A stretch of 64,000 nucleotides of DNA from Glaucostegus cemiculus. Lineage: Eukaryota. Positions within the stretch are counted from its first letter, which is position 1; each line of letters begins with the position of its first letter. The DNA is taken from NCBI GenBank assembly GCA_976551045.1, contig CDPCPM010000164.1, forward strand, positions 6,696,001-6,760,000, read 5' to 3'. Shown here one piece after another: positions 26,226 through 36,850 of the stretch. Under the pieces are notes generated by a model. That model did not search any database. It had not been told where the DNA came from and saw nothing but the letters and a program-made list of their open reading frames with translations. A program made the translations under genes and the position numbers.

Positions 26226-26769
26226 TATCTTCAAAGTAGAAGACAGAAGACTCAGGGAGGATGTGCTGTCTGTGACCTTTGGATCATATAACCCGACATA
26301 GAAAAAATTGCAGATCCTTAATATATCAGGCTGCAAGGACATTATTAAATCTATCCTCTTGCAGAAAGCTATGGATCACAGAGGGCTTAACACAACTTAT
26401 AATGCTCCTATAATTACAATAAACTACAGTGTTGTGGATGTCAACAGAAACAGAGACAGAGATACTGTAAAATGTGCAGAGTGTTCGCAGATGACAATTA
26501 ATTTATGTGCTAAAGAAATAATACTTCATTTTACTTGATCAGTGCTAATTAAATAGTTTTTAAACTACAGCTCATGTACAAAGAGGGTTTTAAATTGAGA
26601 CGTATGCAATGGCAGAAGGTCATTTGAGCTGGTGAGTTGTTTTTCATTTCACATAATTAGCACCACAATAGTTTCATTCCTAGTTCTCTAAGACTACAAA
26701 GGCAGATAAGAGGATGTAGTTTATTATTAACTACAGAAACCAGCTTGAAACAATAAGAGCCAGTTACAC

Positions 26770-27022
26770 AGAGCATTACAGCACAGTACAGGCCCTTTGG
26801 CCCACAATGTTGTGCTGACATTTATCCTGCTCTGAGATCTATCTAACTCTTCCCTCCCACATAGCCCTCCATTTCTCTATCATTCATGTGCCTACCTAAG
26901 AGTCTCTTAAATGTTCTCTAATGTACTTGCCTCCACAACCTCTGCACACACCCACTACGCTGTGTAAAAAACTGACCTCTGACATCTCCCTTATACCTTC
27001 CTCCAATCACCTTAAAATTATG
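26770..27022 (-). mobile_element. CR1-type LINE 3' end
   Basis: acagcacagtacaggccctttggcccacaatgttgtgc..cctttcctccaatcaccttaaa. Confidence 0.7.
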
Positions 27023-27609
27023 CCAGTTGTTAATGGAAACATTTCATGTATTTAAGCAACCTAGGTCTATTATTCACTCATGAATTAATGGGAGAGAAAA
27101 AGTAGCTGAGGCAATAATTTGTAATTCATGGGCACATGTACATGTGGTAGACTCAGAGCTGTAGAGAACCAATCCCCAAACTGTGAGCCAGTGCAACAGT
27201 GGAACAGACCCTGTAATTTGTATAAGAGTCTTACTCTGCAATGGGATAAACTGTTTTCTTTAAAAATGATAACACATTCTATTTTTACTTAAAGACAGAA
27301 CAAAAATGGGGAGGATAGTAAGTTCCTTGTTATATATCTGTGAAGATGACTGTGAATGTACAAGGTGATTTGCAGGCTGTGTTCTATAGCAGAGAGCAAA
27401 CAAAATGCATAAATCAAACTTGTGAGGATGCTAGCAAGATAAGGTTAAGGGCAAGAAGATTCATCGGTCAGACTCAGCAAAACTGCCCTGCTATCACCCA
27501 GTGTAGAGGGAAATATATCATCCTCCTTGTTAGTCTCTCCCCATGAAAACAACATCCAGAAAAATGATTACTGCTGGCCATATTTCACAAATAAACAAAC
27601 AAAATCTTC

Positions 27610-27836
27610 TGAGACACAAGAAATTCTGTAGATGCTGGAATTTGGAGCAATATACAAAAAGTGCAGGAGGAACTCAGCAGGTCAGGCAGCATCACGGAGG
27701 GAAATAAACAGTTCACGTTTTGGGCTGAGACCCTTCATCAGGAATGGAAAAGGGCGGAACGAAAAGCTGAAGAGCAGACAAGATCACAGAAGCCCTCTTC
27801 CTTTCCAGTCCTGATGAAGGGTCTCGACCCGAAACA
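27610..27836. mobile_element. Penelope-like pLTR with two inverted HHR motifs
   Basis: Minus HHR 27709-27745 and plus cagtcctgatgaagggtctcgacccgaaac 27806-27835 (truncated before the cleavage site). Confidence 0.75.
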
Positions 27837-28810
27837 AAGTCTTCTATTGTAGGGGGTGAACGCGTACATTGATCTATTGAAGCGTATATACCAATACTTG
27901 CTTCTAGATAGCTGACATTCAATACACGTTTAGTTACCTTGAAAGCAATAAAGGTGTCTACTGCTGCTAGCAAGAGAAGACTGAGGTCACATTTGATTTA
28001 CATGCCTTACAGCTTGTGTTACATAATTCACAATCCAGCAGTGTGAAAGACCAATAAGCTGGCACTCTGGGACCAGGAATTCAAGATACTGCTGGTTCCA
28101 AATCTTCCTGATTCACCTCACACTCTTTGAAAGAATTGCACCTGAGACATTGATAATTTCTTTCAAACATCACAAGGCTGACTGCTGACTAATTTTTAAT
28201 ATGATTCAACTCTGCCAACTGAGGGTTTATACTTAAAATTGTGGTTTTTTTCTGCAATACACTAGAAAACTTCATGCTCTTGGTGAGGGAAAGGGGCAAG
28301 GAAGGTATTCGGAAACATCGACTGTTTATTTCGCTCCATAGATGCTGTCTGACCGGCTGCGTTCCTCCAGCATTTACATTCCAGAATTACGGATTTTTAG
28401 GGAATGACAAAGTCAGCGTTTATTGCCTGATCCCAAATGCCCCTTGAGAAGGTGTTAATGAGTCATGTGTAACTGAGAGGCTTGTCATCTCAGAGGGTAG
28501 TTAAGATTCAACGACACAGAGCTAGACTGGAGTCACTTATAGGTCAGACCAGGTGAGAACAGCAAATTACCTCCCCTGAAAGACATTAGTGAACCAAATG
28601 GATTTTTATGATAATGTGAAAACTTTAGTGGCCATCATTACTAACACCAGCTGTTGTTCCAAGTTACTAACAAAACCTGGATTCCAAAGCTACCATTTGA
28701 TCTCAGACTTATTAGTCTAGGCCTCTGCAATACCAGTTCAGTAACCTAGTCACTGCACCACCGTCATACCCATGCATATAGGTGCTGGAGAAGGCTACAT
28801 GGCCCACCAT

Positions 28811-28930
28811 GGAGACACAAGAGATTCTGCAGATGCTGGAATCTGGGGCAACACACACAAAATGCTGGAGGAACTTGGTAGGTCAGGCAGCATCGACAGA
28901 AGGAAATAAACAGTCGATGTTTCGGGTCTA
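28811..28930 (-). mobile_element. Penelope-like pLTR end, truncated within the HHR
   Basis: ggagacacaagagattctgcagatgctggaatc..aaacagtcgatgtttcgggtc. Confidence 0.75.
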
Positions 28931-29602
28931 ACTCTACTAACTAATTCAACTAACTCTATAAGCCAGAGCCAGAATAACATTTAAAACAGTGTCTATATGT
29001 ATGCTATTGCCAATGAATGTTGGGGGATTTGTGTCGGGATAACGCAGAGGGTTATTGGAGGACTGGCATGGACTCAGTGGAAAAAAAGGCCCTGTTTCTG
29101 TGCTGTGCAACTCCATGACTTAACTGAAACAAATGTACAAGAACAGCAACAGGAATATACTTGTGAGGGGAATTTGCATGATACTTTATGTCTACAGCTG
29201 GAAACTTCACATTTCTGGCACCAGTATTACGTCGAACACAATGCCCAGACAGGAATCAATGGCTGTCAGCAGATTTCTTGGAACACCCTGCACTTCTAGG
29301 TTACCCTCCTGGTCACACACTACCCTGACTTCAAAATATACAGCAGGCTGTTGTCCCTAAGTGCCTAAAATCTGCCGCCATCATACCTGTTCCTAAGAAG
29401 TCTCCTCCAATGTGTCTGAATGACTACCGTCCCATAGCTCTAACACCGGTTGTCATGAAATGCTTTGAGAGGCTAGTTATGAAGCACATTAGAGCCATCC
29501 TCCCCCCATCCTTGGATCCTCATCAGTATGCTTATCAGGCAAACAGGTCCACCGATGATGCAGTCTCCTCTGCCATGCACTCTGCACTATATCACTTAGA
29601 GA

Positions 29603-30630
29603 AGAATCAGAATCAGAATCAGAATCAGAATCAGTTTTATTGTCACAACCACATACATACAAAGTATGCAGAGGAGCGAGATACCGTCCTCCTCAGGTGC
29701 TCGTCCCATACAAAAAAATGACATAACAACCAACAGAGACACATACACACTTGGCAGAATACATAGTATAGATCATTACACCTTAAAAGCTAAGGGGATT
29801 GAACTTAAATTCAGGATCGATTTATCGATTTTCACTTACACATATACATGTGCAAAAGACATCAAAGACAATAAAGGACACCTGGACAAAAACATCAAAA
29901 CATTAACAGCCCCCCTGCCTCACCCCGCACCGACGACCACTTCCAACCCCCACAGTCCTACAACCTCAGGGCCCACAGACCATCAACAACCTCCAGCCCA
30001 CAGTCCGACCACCTCCGGCCCCTTCGCCTCCGGCACCCCCTCCAGCCCACAGTCCGACCACCTCCGGCCCACAGTCCGACCACCTCCGGCACCTTCGCCT
30101 CCGACTCCGCAGTCCGACGACCTCCGGACCCGAACTCCAGCTCCGCAGTCCGACGACCTCCGACCTGAACTCCGGCCTCACATTCCGACGACCTCTGGCC
30201 CCGAACTACGGCCTCGCAGTCCGACGACCTCCGACCCGAATTCCGGCCTCACAGTCCGACGACCTCCGACCCGAATTCTGACTCCGCAGGCCGACCACCT
30301 CCGACCCGAATTCCGACTCCGCAGGCCGACCACCTCCGACCCGAATTCTGGCCTCGCAGGCCGACCACCTCCGGCCCGAGCAGCCCCCCCACCGCCCGCA
30401 TCCCGACGCCACCACGAGGCTCCCGGGCCTTCAAGACGCTGCCGCCTCCGACGAGCTCCGACGAGCCGTCGGAGCCGACAGTGCCGACAACGACTCCATA
30501 AAACGGCACACAAACAACAGAACAAAGAACACACAAGAAAAAAACTACAGAAAACACTAGAAGACTAACAAAAAAACACAAGGACTACAGACCTGGGAGA
30601 GGCCGCTGCAACCAGGTGCGCCGCCATGTT
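29603..30630 (-). mobile_element. Non-autonomous non-LTR element sharing the Rex1 3' tail, inserted antisense
   Basis: Five AGAATC repeats at 29603-29632, ~130-200 bp similar to the LINE 3' end, internal minisatellite, 5' end AACATGGCGGCGC; host RT resumes (HLE|KDSY). Confidence 0.85.
29925..30380. repeat. CpG-rich minisatellite (35-bp unit ccgacgacctccgacccgaattccggcctcgcagt; shorter ~22-bp units to the left)
   Basis: Repeats read directly, e.g. four successive 35-bp units at 30221-30360. Confidence 0.9.
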
Positions 30631-32159
30631 AAAAAAAAAGGATTCATACTGTTGACTGCTATTCATCGACTTCAGCTCCGCTTTCAATACCATCATCCCG
30701 CAACAGCTTATCAGGAAGTTGAGCGCTCTGGGCATTAACTCTCCTCTCTGCAACTGGATACTGGATTTTCTAACTTGCAGGCCGCAGTCAGTCAAAATTG
30801 GTGAAAACACCTCAAGCACCATCACACTGAGCACTGGCTCCCCACAGGGTTGTGTGCTCAGTCCGCTCCTGTTCACCTTGTTGACTCACGACTGTGAGGC
30901 CAGATCCAGCTCCAACCGCATTGTTAAATCTGCCGATGACACGACAGTGGTGGGTCTTGTCACGAATGACGATGAGTCGGACTACAGAGAGGAGGTGAAA
31001 CAACTAGCCGTGTGGTGTTATGACAACAACCTCTACTTGAATGTGGATAAAACCAAGGAGATGATAGTGGATTTTAGGAGGGGTCACTGTGTGCACACCC
31101 CGCTGACCATCAACGGGTCTGCTGTGGAACAAGTACGCAGCACCAAGTTCCTGGGGGTGCACATCACCAACAACCTGACCTGGTCCACTAACATTACAGC
31201 CCTCACGAAGAAAGCTCAGAAACGCCTCTACTTCCTGCGGAGACAGAGGAAAGCGTACCCCCATCCCTCCGTCATGAAAACCTTCTACAGGGGGACCATT
31301 GAGAGCATCCTACCTCAATGTATCACTGTTTGGTTTGGAAGCTGCTCAGCTGCTGGGTGGAAGTCCCTCCAGAAGATAGTTAGGGCTGCGGAGTGGATCA
31401 TAGGTGTCTCGTTTCCATCCCTCGCAGACATATACAAAGACCGTTGTGTGAGGAAGACCAAAAGCATAATGGCCGACCCTTCTCACCCCTCCCACCACCT
31501 CTTCACAATTTTGCCATCAGGGAGGAGGCTTAAATGTATCAGGGCAAGAACAACCAGGCTGAACAGTAGCTTCTTTCCGCAAGCCATCAGAACTGCAAAC
31601 TCTCTCATCCCTCCATCTTCCTTTGTTAACACTAAGAGATGCTAGGTGCACAGAAATGCACCAGCACTTTAAATGCCCGACACCAGCCCGTTCACTTTAA
31701 TAACTATTTATTTATTTACCGGCCATTTTTAATTTAATCTGCGTACTAATTTAATTTTAATTTCCGTAGCTTTTAATGTTTAATGTTTTTTAATGTTTAT
31801 TCTGTCAAGTGTGTATGTGTGTCTCTGTTGGTTGTTATGTTAATTTATGGGACGAGCACCTGAGGAGGACGGTATCTCGCTCCTATGCATACTATGTATG
31901 TATATGGTTGTGACAATAAAACTGATTCTGATTCTGATTCTGATTCTGATATATCATCGGTTCTTCATCATTGATTCGAAATCCTAGAACTCTCTAACCA
32001 GTAGCAGTGAGGCAGTAACTTCACCGCAAGGACTGCAGTGATGCAGGAGGCCAGTTCACCATCACCTTCTCCAGGCCGGTTAGGGATGGGCAATAACACT
32101 GGCCTTAATAACACCACCTACATCCCGTAAAAAAATGTAATATCTTTGAAGTAACATCA

Positions 32160-33230
32160 ACCATTCCTTTCCCTCCATAGATGCTGCTCAACCCACTGAG
32201 GTCCTCCTGTAGCTTATTTATTGCGTTCTCTCTTTCCCAGTTCTCCCAAAGGATCTTCAACTTGAAATGTTTCCTTCTGTACACCTGCTGCCTGACCTGC
32301 TGAGTATTTCCAACACTTTCAGTTTGGAAAGAGAAGCAGAGTTAAAATTTTGCCTCAAAATGTCAGAACCGGGCAAGAGAAAAAAAACCAAGTTAGCTTT
32401 AAGTTGCAGAAAGTGTGGGACAGGTAGGACAGTGGGTAAATCTCTGATAAGGTGAGGTTAGAGATGCCATGTGAATAAGTTGTAGCAGTTACCCAGTTAA
32501 TGGGGGCAATTAGAGGAATAAATAAAAGAACAAAATTAATGAGGATGGCAGGGAGTGAAAATACAAACAACGGAATAGGAAATAGGGCAAAATGCAGGGC
32601 TGTAGGATGTGCCCAGCAGATGTGCTAATGGAGAGGAAGACTGCACCAATGTCAAAGAAGGATGAGTTACAGCAAATGTGGCCAGTTCTGATACAGACAG
32701 AGAATGCGATTTACCTGAAGTTTTAGAACTTGTTATTTGGTCTAGAAGTCTAGAACATGCCCAGATGGAAGAGGAGATGCTGTTTCTCAACCTTACGTTG
32801 GGCCTCGCTATAGAAGGAAGCCACTGGGAGAGAGGTCAGAGTGGGAGTGGGATGAGAATTGAACCGACAGACAACAAGGGGCTCTGAGCTGCCCTTGTGG
32901 ACTGATTGCAGGTGCTCCACATGGTGGTCACCCAATCTGAGTTTGGTTTCTCCAGGGTAGAGGAGACCACATGTTGTGAACACCGAATGCACTATATTAG
33001 AGTGGAAGAAATGCAAGTGAATAGCTCTTCACTTGGAAGGTTTGCTTGGGTCCCTGGATGTTGGGAAGAGGTAGAAGGATGGATATTGCATGTCCTGTGG
33101 CTACATTAGCAATAACCATATGAAAGGGAGAGGCTGGTAGGTACGAGAAGGGTGGACAAGGGATCATAGTGGGAACATGCTGAAAGAGGAAGCAAAGGGA
33201 AGAGCTGTCTGTTGATGAATTGTTGAACTA
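32160..33230 (-). mobile_element. Penelope-like element: GIY-YIG endonuclease remnant plus pLTR pieces
   Basis: ORF 32750-33016: CGLLYPGETKLRLGDHHVEHLQSV..FNSH..EAQRKVEKQHLLFHLG. Confidence 0.8.
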
Positions 33231-35063
33231 GTGCATTTTTGTGCAAAGGTATAGCTGGAGTGCTGGTGGATAAGGAGTGTCAGTGCTTAAACCCAGTAAC
33301 AATGAAGGAATAACAATACTGGAAAACGTGAAGGACTAGTAATCTCCTATTCCCTCAAATTCAAACTACTCTCAAACTTAAATACAATGATCTGAAGTTC
33401 CTTTGAGAACAAAAGGACTACTGCAATTAATATGAGATGTACAAAAAATATTCACCTGTAAACTTATAAAGCAAATATCCTCAGGAAACTGAGTGAATTA
33501 GATGTATAGTTTCATTACATATTAGCTCTCAGTGCTGTCACAAAGTAGTTATAGTCATGCTGTCTGTTTCCTATAACAAACAACTTTTTCTGACCCTCAA
33601 CCTCTTATCACTGGAAGGACACTGTGTGCATTTAATTGACTAGTGACAAACCATTCTGACTTGGAAACATATTGTTATTCAGAAACATACTGTATTGTTT
33701 CATCATTCTTATCAGATATAAACATTGGCACTCACTGCCAAACAGTACTGTTGGATTACTGTCACCACACAAAATGCACAAGTTCAAGACAACTCATCTA
33801 CTTCTAAGGACAGTTAATGTTATTCAATGAATGTTGGCCTTGTCAGTAAAACCACAATTCAAATGATTTTTAAAAAATAACAATCGCTGACCCCAAAACA
33901 GTGTCTCAATATTGCTGGGTTCCATGGCTTTCATCAGGGTCATTTTGAAATTATACTCAGGAGATTATCTCAAAGTCATAAACTTTGAAATGTATGGCTT
34001 GATGGCCATTAACAGGGGTACTAGTAACAAACTGGAGTCCCCCCAGGACCTTATCAACTATTACATGTATTCTTAGTATCAGCAGCCTTGTGAAATGCAG
34101 CCAATCTTCTGTCATCTGTGAGCGTTTTTTGACGAGATCCCAATAATTGAATCATTTCATGTCTTGGCTGTTTATACAGCCCTTACCTATCTGCTAAAAT
34201 TGGGAATACAAGGTGTTCTCATTTTCCATTAGACAAACTTCCAAAGAGTTTGAAAGTTATCAGACTTACTTGAGCAGTTAATTGGGAAGAATTCCAGTTA
34301 ATTTTCTTTGGCTCAGTTCTCTATCGTTAAATAGTCCCATTATACAAAGATATGTTTGGTTTGTGCTTCTAATTGGCCACAGCATTTAAGTAAATTACTA
34401 ATTTGTGTTCCAATGGATCTTCTATTAAGCAAGTCTTAATTTCTCCTTCTGTGGATTGGTATCAAAGTATTTTTTTATATAATGCGTTAAGCTCCTGGGA
34501 CATTTCAGATGTTAGAGACATTGGATAATTGCAAGACTTTAATCATTTGTATATTTGGAGTCAGTTGCAAGATGATACCTCAACTGTGAAGCTAAAGAGT
34601 ATTGCAAAGTAGTTTTATCTTTGGTTTACATTTATGCACGATTAGCTCATTTCCTTGTGGGGTTGCATACAATTTTAACAGAAATGGGAGAAACAATGAG
34701 ATTTTGTTTTTGCATTATTACTATTATTTCCTTTCCCAACCAACTCCACCTCCAAACCTGCCCACCCCTGGTGTGTCACCTGTCAATCCCATGCACATAC
34801 TGCCTTTTACCTGTTATAAGCTGGAGAATGCCACCAATGCCATTTGACCACCAGACATAAAGACTCATCATACAAAACCCTCAACAAGTAGGCATGAACA
34901 GTGTCTTGGACTGCAGCACAGTACATTTCAAACATTCACATCCATGCATTTAAAGGCATCCCCATCAGAGGTCATTCAATGTGGAGGTTAAGAACAAGAA
35001 CTCTAGGTAGAATTCATCACACCATCAATAGTGTCCTGTCTGAAATTAGTTTTCTTCACAGAC

Positions 35064-35597
35064 CAGTGATTGAACGAGAGAGAGAGAGAGAGAATCACAA
35101 TTGTTGTGGTTGTTGTCATACAATGCTTGTATGGATTTTTGGAACAATAAGTGGAGTCCACTTTGTCATTAACCTGTACCAGGAATCAGGTATATCTGTG
35201 GACGGTCACATATCGATCGAAGTGGATAACTCTGACAAAAAGAAACAGTTCTTTGGCGATTGAGATGTCGCATTGTTCCATTGTGGAATTTGTGGATTTT
35301 GTAAACTCTTTCTCTCTATTTTCTCTACATTATAATGTGGTTTTCACAAGACTTTGCTCATCATTCTACTTCATGACTTGCTGAACTGAACTGGTTTGCC
35401 ATCATAAAACTTTGAGAACTGTTCCTAGACTTGGGGGTTTGGGAACTTGCCACACACACACTTCAGGTTTATTTTGGGGTCAGTGCCTGATATCTAATGT
35501 TTTTATTTCTCATAATATTACAAGTAGTTATTAATAAATAAATTCTAACATTTAAACATGATTCATTGTGTTTTTATTGTTGCTGGTACTTAACAAT
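35064..35597 (+). mobile_element. Possible LTR-like fragment
   Basis: (GA)n start, AATAAA near the end, terminates tgctggtacttaaca; no partner LTR or internal region seen. Confidence 0.3.
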
Positions 35598-36339
35598 ATA
35601 TAAAACCTCAACATACTGACTATAAAACTACTGATTGGGATACCTTTTAAATATTCACAGTGGAAACTCAGCTTCATTTCAATAATTGCATTATTGCACA
35701 TTTCTCAATGTTCCCCAAGTCCTAAGATTGATCTTCATCTCACATAGCTGCTTCCAATTGCTTCATAAAAAAATTTAGCATTTTTATCTCTACTACTCTA
35801 TCTGCACATCTCCATTGCAGGCACTGATCATTTTTTTTTTGCATGAAGAACTACCCAATTTTGTTATTTACATTTAAATTTTGCGTGGGTCATTCCCTGA
35901 AATGTCTTTGGCCAAAGTGCAGTGCAGTAAATTTAATTTTCTGCACTGAGTATTGTTTTTCTATTCAAAATGTTATGGGCAGCTTTAGCTCACTCTCAGT
36001 AGATAGTAGATCATGGAATCAAATAATTTTATTAAAATATCACAGAAGGATTGATACAAGTGAATTTCTCTCGTGAGCCTTTGATCAAGAAATGTCTAAT
36101 AGGTTTGACGTGCTCAAAATTTCCTCATAACACAATCCTTTTCTCTCAAGAGTCAACTAAATGCAACTTCCCTGATATAAGTATATCCAAGTGCTGGTAA
36201 GTTATTACAGATAGGTACTTGATGATCAGCATAGATATGATGGACCAAAGGGCCTGTTTCTGTGGTCTATCACTCAATGATTGTACCCTCTCCTTAAATA
36301 AGATCAAACTATAACATGTAGTCTCACCAATATCCTGTA

Positions 36340-36850
36340 CAGCTGCAGCAAAACTTTGCTACCATTACACTCCATCCACTTTGTGATGAAGACCAACATT
36401 CTACTTACCCTAATCACTCACTACACCTGCGTGCTGGCTTTGTTTCATGTACAAAGACATGCAGATCCCTGTACCATGTCATTCTGCAGACTAATCTACT
36501 TAAAGAAAATTCAGCTTTTCTATTCTTCCAACCAAAGTCACATTTCCCCCCATTATACCCCATCTGCCAAATTTCTGCTCATTCACTTAACTTATTTATA
36601 TCCCATTTTAGATTCTTTTCATCCTCCTCACAATTTGCTCTCCCACCTACCTTTGCACTGTCAGCAAATTTGACTGCAATGCAATCAATCCTTTAATCTA
36701 TGTCACTAATATAGCATGTAAGTAGTTAATGTCCCTGAGCTGATCCTGGGAGCCCAGTCTGCCAAAGTGAACATTTATCCCAACTTCACTTTCTGTTAAT
36801 TGGCCAGTCCTGAATCCATGCTAAGATATTACCCCCAATGCCCTAAGCTC
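36340..36850 (-). mobile_element. Old CR1-type LINE RT fragment
   Basis: tcagcaaattt (KFAD on minus) and typical CR1 RT downstream remnants. Confidence 0.55.

Larger units (their letters stand above)
29341..31950 (+). mobile_element. Young Rex1/Babar LINE, 5'-truncated; RT disrupted by an insertion and an in-frame TGA
   Basis: [57 protein letters not shown]; ends aataaaa(ctgatt)n. Confidence 0.93.

Noticed and set aside
29925-30380. Regularly spaced repeats as a CRISPR-like array
   Set aside because: Units are contiguous with no unique spacers, the context is eukaryotic and there are no cas genes.
29666-30568. 300-aa Pro/Ser/Thr/Arg-rich ORF and overlapping minus-strand ORFs
   Set aside because: Open only because the GC-rich minisatellite lacks stops in several frames; it lies antisense within a mobile element and shows no domain.
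30719-31645. 308-aa RT ORF as an active retrotransposon or domesticated gene
   Set aside because: 5'-truncated, interrupted by an insertion, has an in-frame TGA just upstream, and reads SADD in place of FADD.
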